This document shows, piece by piece, positions 28,603 to 37,925 of a stretch of DNA of 64,000 nucleotides. The DNA is taken from assembly GCA_965246885.1 (NCBI GenBank), contig OZ251992.1:1888001-1952000 (forward strand), read 5' to 3'. The DNA is from Abditibacterium sp. (GTDB taxonomy: Bacteria; Armatimonadota; Abditibacteriia; Abditibacteriales; Abditibacteriaceae). Position 1 is the stretch's first letter. Each line of letters starts with the position of its first letter. The translations under genes were made by a program, and so were the position numbers. The notes under the pieces were generated by a model. That model searched no databases, had not been told where the DNA came from, and saw only the letters and a program-made list of their open reading frames with translations.

Positions 28603-28739
28603 CGGGGATATAAAATCCCCGGCATCCGGGCGCAAGCGCCCAAGCGTTCTCCGAACGCGCTTCCCCAACGGCTCGTCACTTGGCTCCGCGTCCGGCAGAA
28701 CGCTTGGCGAAGCCGGATGCCGGGGATTTTATATCCCCG
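28603..28739. repeat. Inverted REP doublet (REPIN-like)
   Basis: CGGGGATATAAAATCCCCGGCATCCGG ... CCGGATGCCGGGGATTTTATATCCCCG. Confidence 0.85.
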
Positions 28740-29010
28740 TTTCACGCTGGCCCCTCACTTCGTCCAGCGCGGCGCGCACCCGCGTGCCCACTTCGTCCGG
28801 CACCCCAGCTTCGCCCAGCGACTCCCGTACCCGTCCGTCCAACCGCGCCTCGAAGCGAAAGCGCGGCCCGCAATGGCGGCAGATGGCGACATGAAAGGCG
28901 ACGCGGCGACGCTCGACGCGCGGCAGTTCGCCATCCAAATATGGCTCCAAGCGCAGCACCGCGTCGGCGCAGCCATAGAATTCGAGCGGGCCAAGGGCAA
29001 TGCGGTTCAT
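28729..29010 (-). CDS. Zinc-binding anti-sigma factor (zf-HC2, RsrA-like)
   Basis: C...YLDGEL...HVAICRHC; coupled to the ECF sigma gene. Confidence 0.88.
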   Translation of the reverse strand: MNRIALGPLEFYGCADAVLRLEPYLDGELPRVERRRVAFHVAICRHCGPRFRFEARLDGRVRESLGEAGVPDEVGTRVRAALDEVRGQRETGI

Positions 29011-29672
29011 CGGAACATCCTCGCGGCGCCCAAAGCGGCGCACAACAGCACACTCAGTAAGTTCGCTTTGGACGAAGAAGTTCCCGCCGCGCCGGAATCC
29101 CCGTCTCCGCGCACCAAACCGCGCTCAAGCGCCAACTCCCACAGCGCGCGTTGCAACAGTTTGCGCCCGCGATGCAAGCGCGAGCGGACGGTGCCTAAAG
29201 GAACGTCCAACGCGCGCGCTATCTCCTCGTAAGCCAAGCCCGACACCCAAAACAGCGCGCAACACTCGCGGAAGTCGGGCGGCAACCCAGCAAAAGCGCG
29301 GGCGATGGCGGCGTTGTCGAGTTGGTCGAGGAGCCGCGCTTGCGGGTCGCCGCTTCGGGCATCAGTTCCCGTTGAGCGCAGACGGTCATACAGCGTGCTT
29401 TCCTCGCCTTCTTCGAGGGCGGCATCGAGCGAGACGGCATCCACACGGCGCGCACCCGCACGCAGGCGGTTGCGGTGCGCGTTAACCAGTATCGCCGCCA
29501 TCCACGCCGCGAAGTTGGAGCCTTGCTCAAAGCGGTCGAAGGCCCGAAAGCCGATGACGGCGGCTTCTTGCAGCAAGTCTTCGGCATCCTCGCGCCCATC
29601 CGCGAGGCGTAGCGCCAACCCCCACAAGCGCATCATGTGTTGCTCGAACAACGTCTCAAAGGAAGCGGGCAT
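29007..29672 (-). CDS. ECF RNA polymerase sigma factor
   Basis: DAEDLLQE, FAAWM, YEEIARALDVPLGTVRSRLHRGR. Confidence 0.92.
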   Translation of the reverse strand: MPASFETLFEQHMMRLWGLALRLADGREDAEDLLQEAAVIGFRAFDRFEQGSNFAAWMAAILVNAHRNRLRAGARRVDAVSLDAALEEGEESTLYDRLRSTGTDARSGDPQARLLDQLDNAAIARAFAGLPPDFRECCALFWVSGLAYEEIARALDVPLGTVRSRLHRGRKLLQRALWELALERGLVRGDGDSGAAGTSSSKANLLSVLLCAALGAARMFR

Positions 29673-29688
29673 AGTGCGGCAGTCGCCC

Positions 29689-30051
29689 TTAGTGTTGCGT
29701 AACCTCAAAGCGGTTGCCGTCCACATCCAGCGCGAAAGCGTACAGGCTCCCATCGTGCGGGCGCGTCCCGACGCCTTGCAAGAGGGCGCCGCCCGCGTCT
29801 TCGATGAGCGCCAGAGTAGCGGCGATGTCGTCGGCTTCGATGGCGAAATGCGGCGAAGGTTCGTGCTGCCAGCCGTTATAAGCGTGGCGCGCGTCGGACT
29901 GCCAGAGGTGCAGTTGGTTCGGCCCGAACTGCATCCACGCGATGCTCCCGCCTAAACTGGGCACGCGCTCCATGCCCAGCGCCGCCCAAAAAGCCGCCGC
30001 GCGTTCCACGTCCGCGACGGGAATCAAGATGTGGTGAATGAAGCGAATCAC
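29689..30051 (-). CDS. VOC/glyoxalase family protein
   Basis: IHHILIPVADVERA, QLHL, HFAIE, DVDGNRFEV. Confidence 0.85.
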   Translation of the reverse strand: MIRFIHHILIPVADVERAAAFWAALGMERVPSLGGSIAWMQFGPNQLHLWQSDARHAYNGWQHEPSPHFAIEADDIAATLALIEDAGGALLQGVGTRPHDGSLYAFALDVDGNRFEVTQH

Positions 30052-30063
30052 GCCGGAGATTAT

Positions 30064-31041
30064 ATGGATTCTTCCCCCGCCGCGCGCTTGGAACGCGCCC
30101 ATAACTCGCTCGAAGGCCTCAGTGTCGGCGACGCTTTCGGCGAGCAGTTTTTCATGAGCTTCGAGATGGCCGCGCGCCTCCTCGAAAAAGAGGACGAGTG
30201 GGGCGGCCCGCCCTACGCTTTCGAGGACGACTTCATCTTGCGCGAACTCATAGACGTGCGCCGCTTGGAGTTCATGGCGCCGCGCTGGAAATGGACGGAC
30301 GACACTGCCCTCGCTTTGGAAGTCGTCGCCGAACTGCGGGGCGGCTGTATCAATCTCGATTCCCTCGCCATCCGCTTCTGCAAGCGGTATCTCCACGAAC
30401 CCGCGCGCGGCTACGGCGGCGCCATGCACTCTCTGCTTCCCCGCTTGGCGCGTGAGCATTGGCGCGAATCGGCGGGCAATCTCTTCGACGGGCAGGGCAG
30501 CTACGGCAACGGGAGCGCCATGCGCGTGCCGCCGCTTGGCGCCTACTTCGCCGATGACTTCGAGTTGCTCGCGGAACAAGCGCGCTTGTCGGCCATCGTC
30601 ACGCACGCCCACCCCGAAGGCGTCGCGGGCGCGGTGGCCGTCGCGGTCGCAACTGGCATCTGCGCCCGTATGCGGGCCGACTCCGAGGAATTGGAAACCA
30701 CCGCCTTCCTCTCCGAAGTCATTGTCCGCACGCCCCCGTCCGAAGTGCGCGACCGCTTGGTCGAGTGCCGCCGCTTCCCCGACAGTTACACGAGCGAGCA
30801 GGTCGCGCAAATCGTCGGGAGCGGCAACGCCGTCGCCTGCCAAGACACCGTCCCGTTTTGCATTTGGTGCGCCGCGACCGAAAACCTCCATTTCTCCGAA
30901 GCCATGTGGCTCACCGTCGCCGGACTGGGCGACCGCGACACCACTTGCGCCGTCGTCGGCGGCATCGTCGCCGCCAAAACGGGCATCGAAGGAATCCCCA
31001 CCGAGTGGCGAGAACGCCGCGAAGCATTGCCGGAGTTGTAA
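30064..31041 (+). CDS. ADP-ribosylglycohydrolase family protein
   Basis: GDAFG, WTDDT, SYGNGSAMR, VTH, GDRDTT. Confidence 0.9.
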   Translation: MDSSPAARLERAHNSLEGLSVGDAFGEQFFMSFEMAARLLEKEDEWGGPPYAFEDDFILRELIDVRRLEFMAPRWKWTDDTALALEVVAELRGGCINLDSLAIRFCKRYLHEPARGYGGAMHSLLPRLAREHWRESAGNLFDGQGSYGNGSAMRVPPLGAYFADDFELLAEQARLSAIVTHAHPEGVAGAVAVAVATGICARMRADSEELETTAFLSEVIVRTPPSEVRDRLVECRRFPDSYTSEQVAQIVGSGNAVACQDTVPFCIWCAATENLHFSEAMWLTVAGLGDRDTTCAVVGGIVAAKTGIEGIPTEWRERREALPEL

Positions 31042-31440
31042 ATGGACACCTCAAAATCCCTGCAAGAATTGGAAAACGACGACTGGGGCGACCCGCACGG
31101 CCCGACAGGGATGGTCATACGCTGTATGCGATTGCGGCGCGTGCCCGTCCGCGACCTCACAGCGGACGATTGCCGCCTGCTTCTGGGACAAGAAATCGGC
31201 GTGCGCTTCGTCCTTCCTGTCGCGCTCGACTATTTATTTAAGAATCCCCTCGAGAGTGGAATCGGCGATACGGGCGCTTTAATGAGGCGCGTTTTGGAAC
31301 TCCCCACCGCGTTCTGGCAGAATCATCCCAACCTCTGGTGGGAAGCTAAGGAGGTGTTGATGGAAGTGGAGAACGCGCGGAATGCAATTGAAGAACTCAT
31401 GCCGAAAATCCGCGAGTTCGAGGCGATGGACGTCTCCTGA
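31042..31440 (+). CDS. CdiI-like contact-dependent inhibition immunity protein
   Basis: SLQELENDDWGDP, LRRVPVRDLT..DCRLLLGQEIG..FVLPVAL..L..NPL. Confidence 0.75.
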   Translation: MDTSKSLQELENDDWGDPHGPTGMVIRCMRLRRVPVRDLTADDCRLLLGQEIGVRFVLPVALDYLFKNPLESGIGDTGALMRRVLELPTAFWQNHPNLWWEAKEVLMEVENARNAIEELMPKIREFEAMDVS

Positions 31441-31550
31441 AACCCGAAGCAGTTACACTCCCACCCGTGCTTCGCACGGGCAGACGCCCCGCGCCTCCAT
31501 AGACAACAAAAAGCCGCCCACACAATTGTGCGAGCGGCCTTCTTCTTTCG

Positions 31551-31640
31551 CGGAGAGAGAGGGATTCGAACCCTCGCTCCAGCTTGCGCCAGACTACAGG
31601 TTTAGCAAACCCGCCCCTTCAGCCACTTGGGTATCTCTCC
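31551..31640 (-). tRNA. tRNA-Ser(GCT)
   Basis: GGAGAGA acceptor stem, GCT anticodon, long variable arm, GGTTCGAATCC; CCA not encoded. Confidence 0.95.
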
Positions 31641-31656
31641 GAACGTGGCACTTGAA

Positions 31657-31685
31657 ATTATAACGGAGCGCGCGCGGCGGGGCAA
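31657..31685 (-). promoter_or_regulatory. Sigma70 promoter of tRNA-Ser
   Basis: TTGCCC-N17-TATAAT on the minus strand. Confidence 0.7.
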
Positions 31686-31690
31686 TACCC

Positions 31691-32314
31691 TTAGCGCCCC
31701 AACAATTTCTTCGCCCACTTTTCCAATGGGGTCGGGTTGTTCAGTTTCCATTTGTCCTCCTCGGTCAAGAGTTCTGGGGCGACGCGGCTTTTGAGGCGGG
31801 GGAGCGATTTGTTGTCCACTTGGGCGACGGCTTGCATGAGGCGGCGCGAGACGGGGCCGCGCGCTACGACCGAGGCAGCAAAATCAATGACCCACACGTT
31901 GCCGTCGCCTGCCAAGAGTAGGTTCGAGCGCCTCTTCAGGTCGCCGTGTGCGACGCCGCGCGTGTGCATGGCTTCAATCACACGCGCGATGCGGGGGAAA
32001 ACATCGGGCGCAATCTCCCCCATGCCCAGCGTCGAAAGCGGCGTTCCTTCGATGAACTGCAAGGCGAACGCGAGTCTGTCCACGCGCCCGACCAAGTGCG
32101 GGATGCCGTGCGTGCCCCTCAGGTGCCGGAGCGCGCGCACTTCGCGCGCCACTAAAAACGGCGCCACAAAACGCCGGAAGTTCCCCGGCGCGGTTGCGAA
32201 GTCCTTCACCGCGACTTGCTCGCCTTGCCACTCGACCAAGTACACGCTCGACTGATACCCCTTGCCGACGTGAATGGGCCGGATGATGCGCGACTGATAT
32301 TGCTGACGGTTCAT
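31691..32314 (-). CDS. Kdo/WaaP/RIO-like kinase
   Basis: GKGYQS, VAVKDF, REVRAL, HGDLK, VIDF; last gene of the lipid A operon. Confidence 0.7.
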   Translation of the reverse strand: MNRQQYQSRIIRPIHVGKGYQSSVYLVEWQGEQVAVKDFATAPGNFRRFVAPFLVAREVRALRHLRGTHGIPHLVGRVDRLAFALQFIEGTPLSTLGMGEIAPDVFPRIARVIEAMHTRGVAHGDLKRRSNLLLAGDGNVWVIDFAASVVARGPVSRRLMQAVAQVDNKSLPRLKSRVAPELLTEEDKWKLNNPTPLEKWAKKLLGR

Positions 32315-32321
32315 GGGAGGC

Positions 32322-33245
32322 TCAACTCGGAAAGACCGCTCCATCGGCTTCGCGCCAGCGCCGATGCATCCACAGCCATTGATCTGGTTCGTGGCGAATG
32401 ACCTTCTCTAATTCCCAAATTACCCGCCGGGTGCCGTCCAGAATGGCCGTTTCGCGGTCGGCGGATTTTGGCACGCACCAAGGCGGCGACACGCGCGCTT
32501 CGATGCGGCCATCGGCCAGAAAGGGACGCCGTCGCACGCCGAACGCGGGCACGACTGCGGCGCCGGACAGCATCGCCAAGCGCGCCAACGCCGTCCAAAC
32601 CCGCGTTGGTTGCCCAAAAAACGGCAGCAGCGCCCCCTCGATGCCCGCGTGCTGGTCGGGCAAAATGCCCACCGTCTCGTTGCGGCGCAAGACGGACAAA
32701 CTGGCGCGGCCCGTGTCGTATTTGGAAATGACGTGGATACCCGCCGCTCGGCGCGACTCATCTATCTTGCCTTGCACCCCCGCATTGCTCGTGGGGCGCG
32801 CGACCACCGACAACGGGAAATCCATCGCCGCCCGCGCGCCCATCAGTTCCCAGTTGCCCACGTGCGCCGTCAGCAAAACGGCGCCGCGCCCGCCATCGAG
32901 CGCCGCCCACACGTTCTCCAAGCCGTTGATATACGCCCGTTCGCGGATTTCCGCTTCGGTTGCGCTGGGAAAACGCAAGAACTCGGCGAAGGTCATGCCG
33001 AAGTTGATGCACGCGCGCCGCGCCAACTGATGCGCCCGCGCGTGCGAGACACCCAAAGCGAGGCGGATGTTGCGCTCTGCGACGCCTTGGCGCTTGCCAA
33101 CAGCGGCGAACATCAGCATCCCCAGCCAACTGCCGACATAGCGGCAACCGTCGAAACTCATCGTTTGGCACGCGCGCCCCACGCCGCTCATAGCGAGCGA
33201 TTCCAGCAGCGACCGCGCGCCGATTTCCCGTTGTTCTTCTCTCAT
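32322..33245 (-). CDS. lpxL: Lipid A late acyltransferase (LpxL/HtrB family)
   Basis: TAHVGNWE, LPDQH, FFG, PDQWLWMHRRW; start uncertain. Confidence 0.85.
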   Translation of the reverse strand: MREEQREIGARSLLESLAMSGVGRACQTMSFDGCRYVGSWLGMLMFAAVGKRQGVAERNIRLALGVSHARAHQLARRACINFGMTFAEFLRFPSATEAEIRERAYINGLENVWAALDGGRGAVLLTAHVGNWELMGARAAMDFPLSVVARPTSNAGVQGKIDESRRAAGIHVISKYDTGRASLSVLRRNETVGILPDQHAGIEGALLPFFGQPTRVWTALARLAMLSGAAVVPAFGVRRRPFLADGRIEARVSPPWCVPKSADRETAILDGTRRVIWELEKVIRHEPDQWLWMHRRWREADGAVFPS

Positions 33246-33527
33246 AAATGATGCGCAATCCATCAGTTTGACGAACCCGGCCCCTTTGTTGGGTTTTTGC
33301 GCCGTGTCCCGTCTCCCCAAACACAGCCAGAGCGAAGCGAAGAATTAGGCGCGCGCGTGGAAGAATTAGGCGCGCCGTCCGTCCGCCCATGCACGCCACT
33401 GAAAAACAAAGTCGCGCCAAGCGACCGCCCCTGCGCGCCGCCCCGATAATTAATTAACTAACGCGCGAATTAACTGCGCCGCCGCTTCGCCGGGGCGGGC
33501 ACTTCCTTCCCCCACACGATTTTTCGG

Positions 33528-34622
33528 TTAAACGAGCGACTTCAACATCAGCCGCAGCAGTTCGTCTTCTCCCGCGCGCAAGCGCAACCCGATGCGCAGG
33601 CTCAGGAGCGGCCCAGTAAACCAGTTCGGGTCGCACTTGACGGCATCTTTTTCCGTCGTGACGAAGGTCTGCCCGCCCCCGTGCCCACTCGTCCACCCCC
33701 AGAAGTCGCACTCTTTCCAACGGTGGTGGTCGCCGCGCTCGCGCATGGGCGTGTCCACATCGCCCCCCGTGAGCTCGCGCACCATCCGGTGAAACTGCGC
33801 GTTGTCGGCTAACCCCGCAAACGCACGGACGGACTGCCCTTGGAAAGCCGTGAGGGGCAAAAGGGCGCCGCTTCGTTCGTCGCGCCAATCGAGGGGCGCG
33901 TGAAACGCCTCGAAGAGTGGCGCTCCCGTCCAATTGCCGACCTCGCGCCGCGCGGCTTCCAACTCGGTGGAAGAAGCGCGGTCGGCGCGGGTCAATAAAA
34001 TGGCATCGGCGCGCGACAGGGCGGCGCGCTCCTCGCGCAAACGTCCCATCGGCAGCAAGCGCCCGTTGCCAAAGGGCCGTTTGGCGTCGAGCAGAACCAA
34101 GTCGAAGGCGCGCGGCAAGCTCCAGAACTGGAAGCCGTCATCCAAGACGACCACCTGCGCGCCGGAGCGCGCGCACAACTCGACGGCCCGGTGCCGGTCT
34201 TTGGCGATGGCAACGGCGCACCCCGGCAAGTTGCGCGCGTGCAAAGCGGCCTCGTCGCCCGCGCTTCGGGCATCCAATAACACGCTCTTTCCATCGGCCA
34301 CAAGCGCGCCTTCCATACACCTGCCCCCGCCGACGCCGCGCCCCGCGACGCCGACCTTATAACCGCGACTTTGCAGGGCGCGCGCGAGCCACTGGACTGT
34401 CGGCGTTTTGCCCGTCCCGCCCGTCGTGAGGTTGCCGATGCTAACGACCGGGTAGGGCACCTCGGTGACGCGGGCGCGTTCGAGGTTGCGGGCGCGGCGG
34501 CGGTTCATCGCGCGGAAGTAGCACCATTCGAGGGGGAGCATAAGGAAAACTTTGGGACGGGGACTGGCATCCAACCACCAAAGTGGCCGGGCGCTACAGA
34601 GGATGTCAAAAGAGCCGCGCAT
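33528..34622 (-). CDS. lpxK: Tetraacyldisaccharide 4'-kinase
   Basis: SIGNLTTGGTGKTP, GDEA, LDDGFQ, LLPMGRLRE, TTEKDAVK. Confidence 0.92.
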   Translation of the reverse strand: MRGSFDILCSARPLWWLDASPRPKVFLMLPLEWCYFRAMNRRRARNLERARVTEVPYPVVSIGNLTTGGTGKTPTVQWLARALQSRGYKVGVAGRGVGGGRCMEGALVADGKSVLLDARSAGDEAALHARNLPGCAVAIAKDRHRAVELCARSGAQVVVLDDGFQFWSLPRAFDLVLLDAKRPFGNGRLLPMGRLREERAALSRADAILLTRADRASSTELEAARREVGNWTGAPLFEAFHAPLDWRDERSGALLPLTAFQGQSVRAFAGLADNAQFHRMVRELTGGDVDTPMRERGDHHRWKECDFWGWTSGHGGGQTFVTTEKDAVKCDPNWFTGPLLSLRIGLRLRAGEDELLRLMLKSLV

Positions 34623-34740
34623 TGTGATTCCGAGGGGAGCCGAAGCGACCAGAGGAATTTACTCGCGCCTCTCGTCAGCACCAAACGGGCGACTGGAACA
34701 AGATTTCTCTGGTCGCTTCGGCTCCCCTCGGAATGACAAT
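34621..34740. repeat. Long inverted-repeat (REP-like) element
   Basis: ATTGTGATTCCGAGGGGAGCCGAAGCGACCAGAG ... CTCTGGTCGCTTCGGCTCCCCTCGGAATGACAAT. Confidence 0.85.
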
Positions 34741-34768
34741 GCGCGGCTAATGTGGCCTATTTCCAACT

Positions 34769-36058
34769 CTATATACGCTTTACAAACTCCACTGCCCCCG
34801 CCACCTCCCGCGCCATGCGCGTCGCCGCGCCTTGATGGGGCGCCAGCACCCCCGCAACGCGCGCGACATACCCCGCTTTGGGCCGCGCCAGCCACGCGGC
34901 CAAGGTGTCCGCCAATGCGTCGGGCGTGGTTTGGGCGCCGAGGCCATTTGCCAAGATTAACTCCGCCGCCGCGCGGAAGTTGGCCACGCTTGGGCCGAAC
35001 ACGACGGGGGCGCCGCGCAGGACGGGTTCGAGCAGATTGTGCCCGCCGCGTTCGATGAGGGTGCCGCCCACAACCGCAACGTCGGCGGCGGCGTAGAAGT
35101 CGGCCAGTTCGCCGGTGGAATCAAGCAAATAAACGCTCGTAGCGTCGGGTGCGTCGTTCAAAGAACGACGCACCACGCGCCACCCGGCGCCCTGTATTTG
35201 GTCGGCGATGGCTGGGGCGCGGTCGAGGTGGCGCGGCACAAGGGCCAAACGGAGGGCCGGGTTCGTCTCGCGCAAGGACGTAAATGCGCGCAGAAGCATC
35301 TGTTCCTCGCCCTCGTGCGTGGAACCGGCCACGAGAAGCGGTTCAGTGGTGAGACCCAAGCGGTCGCGCCACAAGGCCCGTAACTCGGCGGACTGGACGG
35401 GGGGGGCTTCCAGCTTGATATCGCCCACGACGACGATCTTTTCGGGGGCGACGCCCAAGGCCCGTAAGCGCGCCGCGTCTGCTTCGCCGCGCATCAAGAA
35501 GCGCGCGACGTTGCCGCTCATCCAGCGCCACAACGGGCCAAGTTTGGGCGCGGTTTTCAAGAGGTTGTCGGACACGCGCCCATTGAGCAAGAAGGTGGGG
35601 ATGCCGCGCCGCGCCGCCATGTGGAGCAGGTTGGGCCAAAGCTCGGTTTCCACGAAGCCGATGGCGTCGGGCCGGATGGCGTTAAGGACGGGCGCGAGGA
35701 CGAACGGCACGTCCAAGGGGAAGCCGAACGCCAAATCTACCTCGCCGCTTCGTTCAAGCATTAGTCCCAACTCCCGCCCGGCGTCGGTGGTGTTGGAAAG
35801 CGCCAATCTTACGCCGGGGATTTCGTCGCGCAGCGCCCGCAAGATGGGCTTGGCCGCCATCGTTTCGCCGACCGACACAGCGTGTATCCATACCCTCGGC
35901 CCCGATGCGCGCCCGAACGCGCGCATTGCCGGAGTGACGCGCCCCCACTGTGCGGCAAAGGATGCCGCCGATTTCTTTTGCCCGTAGCGCCGGAACGCCG
36001 TCCACGCCCACAGTCCGGGCAGGAGTGGCGCGAGCAAGGCGTTGAAAAGCGGGAACAC
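34769..36058 (-). CDS. waaA: Kdo transferase
   Basis: WIHAVSVGE, ETELWPN, GSTHEGEE, VPRH, GGHNLLEP. Confidence 0.93.
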   Translation of the reverse strand: MFPLFNALLAPLLPGLWAWTAFRRYGQKKSAASFAAQWGRVTPAMRAFGRASGPRVWIHAVSVGETMAAKPILRALRDEIPGVRLALSNTTDAGRELGLMLERSGEVDLAFGFPLDVPFVLAPVLNAIRPDAIGFVETELWPNLLHMAARRGIPTFLLNGRVSDNLLKTAPKLGPLWRWMSGNVARFLMRGEADAARLRALGVAPEKIVVVGDIKLEAPPVQSAELRALWRDRLGLTTEPLLVAGSTHEGEEQMLLRAFTSLRETNPALRLALVPRHLDRAPAIADQIQGAGWRVVRRSLNDAPDATSVYLLDSTGELADFYAAADVAVVGGTLIERGGHNLLEPVLRGAPVVFGPSVANFRAAAELILANGLGAQTTPDALADTLAAWLARPKAGYVARVAGVLAPHQGAATRMAREVAGAVEFVKRI

Positions 36059-36077
36059 GGCGGGGAGTAGCTCCTCT

Positions 36078-37892
36078 TTACGCTTCGAGCGCGCGAGGCG
36101 GTTGGGCGTCCTCGCTGTCCGCGTCGTCCACCTCGGCGCGCTTGTTTTGGAAGGCTTGCATTTGGAACAAGCGCCAGTACTGGCCTTGGCGGGCCAGAAG
36201 TTGCGCGTGGGTGCCGGACTCGATGATGCGGCCTTGATCCATCACGAGGATGAGGTCGGCGTTCACGATGGTCGAGAAGCGGTGGGCGATGATAAGGGTG
36301 GTGCGGCCTCGCATCAGTTCGGCGAGGGCGTCCTGCACGAGGCCCTCGCTTTCGGCGTCGAGGGCGCTGGTGGCTTCATCGAGGATAAGCAGTTTCGGGT
36401 CGCGGAGCAGGGCGCGGGCGATGGCGAGGCGCTGCTTTTGGCCGCCGGAAAAGCCGTGCCCACGCTCGCCGACGGGGGAATCGTAGGAGCCGGGCAGAGT
36501 GCGGATGAACTCGTCGGCATGGGCGCGGCGCGCGGCCTCGACGACTTGCTCCAAGCTGGCCTTGTCGCTCCCATAGGCGATGTTGTCGCGCAGCGTCCCG
36601 TGAAAGAGGGTTGTCTCTTGCGGCACGGCGCCGATGAGGTCGCGCAGCGATTGGAGCGACACGTCGCGCAAATCGAGTCCGTCAAGGGTGATGCGCCCGC
36701 CGGTCGGGTCATACAAGCGGGGAAGCAAGGAAGCGATGGTGGTTTTGCCCGACCCCGATAACCCCGCGAGCGCGACGACTTGACCGGGCTTGATCTCGAA
36801 GGAGACGCCTTGCAGCACCTCGCGGTCGTCGCCGGGATAGGTGAAGCGCACGTCCTCGAAGCGCAGGTGTCCAGCGACGGGGCGCGCGGCGAGGTCAATA
36901 GCGCCGGGGGCGTCCACGACTTGCGGGCGCTCGTCGAAGAACTCGAAGATGCGCGCGGCGGCGGCATCGGCGGAACTCACCAGCAGGTTGAGCGAGGCGA
37001 CAGCCTTGGCGTTCATGGCGGTGCGGTGAATGGCGACCAGAAAGGTGATAAGCGCTGACGCCGCCATGCGGCCCGCAATGATGTCGCGCCCGCCGAACCA
37101 AAGCGCAATCACAATAGCGCTGACGCCGATCATCTCGATGAGCGGGGCAAGGGTGGACTGGATGCGGATTGGGTGCATCGTGGCGCGGTAGGTTTGCGTG
37201 TTGACCCGCTCGAACTGCGCGACCTCGTGGCGACCCGTGCCAAAGGTCTGGATGAGGCGCATGGCGGCGATTTTCTCTTGCAGGTAGTCGGTTAGGTCGG
37301 CGTTTTTGTTGGTGAGGTCGCGGACGGCGTCTTTAATCCGCCGCCCAGCGCGGGTAATGGCAAAGGAGATGGGCGGCAAAAGCACGACGACGAAGAGGGT
37401 GAGCCGCCAGTTGAAATACAGCATCAGCCCGACGGAAAACAGCAGGTCAATGGGCGCCGACACGAACGAGATGACGGCGGTGGTGAGAACAGTTTGGAGG
37501 GCGGCGATGTCGTTGGTGAGGCGGCTCATCACCTCGCCGGTGCGCTTGCGCTCGAAGAAGTTGATGGACAGACCCGACAAGTGGCCGAACAGCCCTTCGC
37601 GCAGCCGCGCGAGGATGCGTTGCCCGGTGCGCTGAAGGATGTAGATTTTGCCCGCGTCGGCGAGCAGGCGCGCAACGGCGACGAGCAAGATGACGCCGAC
37701 CATGAGATTCAACTGATGCAGCCGCGCGTCGGCGGGGAGGGTGCTGGCATTAAGAACGGGGCGCAAGACGCGGTCAATGAGATACAGCAGCAACCCGTTG
37801 AACAGCCCCGACAGCGCGGCGCACACGATGCCAAGCGTCAGGGCGGCGCGTTGCGCGGCGACAAAGGGCCACAAGCGTTTGAGGTTGTCCAT
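36078..37892 (-). CDS. msbA: Lipid A export ABC transporter (MsbA-like)
   Basis: TM domain plus GLSGSGKT, FSGGQKQR, LDEATSALD; in operon with waaA and lpxK. Confidence 0.82.
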   Translation of the reverse strand: MDNLKRLWPFVAAQRAALTLGIVCAALSGLFNGLLLYLIDRVLRPVLNASTLPADARLHQLNLMVGVILLVAVARLLADAGKIYILQRTGQRILARLREGLFGHLSGLSINFFERKRTGEVMSRLTNDIAALQTVLTTAVISFVSAPIDLLFSVGLMLYFNWRLTLFVVVLLPPISFAITRAGRRIKDAVRDLTNKNADLTDYLQEKIAAMRLIQTFGTGRHEVAQFERVNTQTYRATMHPIRIQSTLAPLIEMIGVSAIVIALWFGGRDIIAGRMAASALITFLVAIHRTAMNAKAVASLNLLVSSADAAAARIFEFFDERPQVVDAPGAIDLAARPVAGHLRFEDVRFTYPGDDREVLQGVSFEIKPGQVVALAGLSGSGKTTIASLLPRLYDPTGGRITLDGLDLRDVSLQSLRDLIGAVPQETTLFHGTLRDNIAYGSDKASLEQVVEAARRAHADEFIRTLPGSYDSPVGERGHGFSGGQKQRLAIARALLRDPKLLILDEATSALDAESEGLVQDALAELMRGRTTLIIAHRFSTIVNADLILVMDQGRIIESGTHAQLLARQGQYWRLFQMQAFQNKRAEVDDADSEDAQPPRALEA

Positions 37893-37925
37893 GAAGTAGG
37901 GCACAGTTTGCCGCACACTGGGGCC

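Noticed and set aside
30052..30891. Long N-terminal extension of the VOC ORF
   Set aside because: Overlaps the ADP-ribosylglycohydrolase on the other strand; the VOC domain starts near 30051
31441..31640. Prophage or island integrated at tRNA-Ser
   Set aside because: No integrase, and I found no duplicate of the tRNA 3' end
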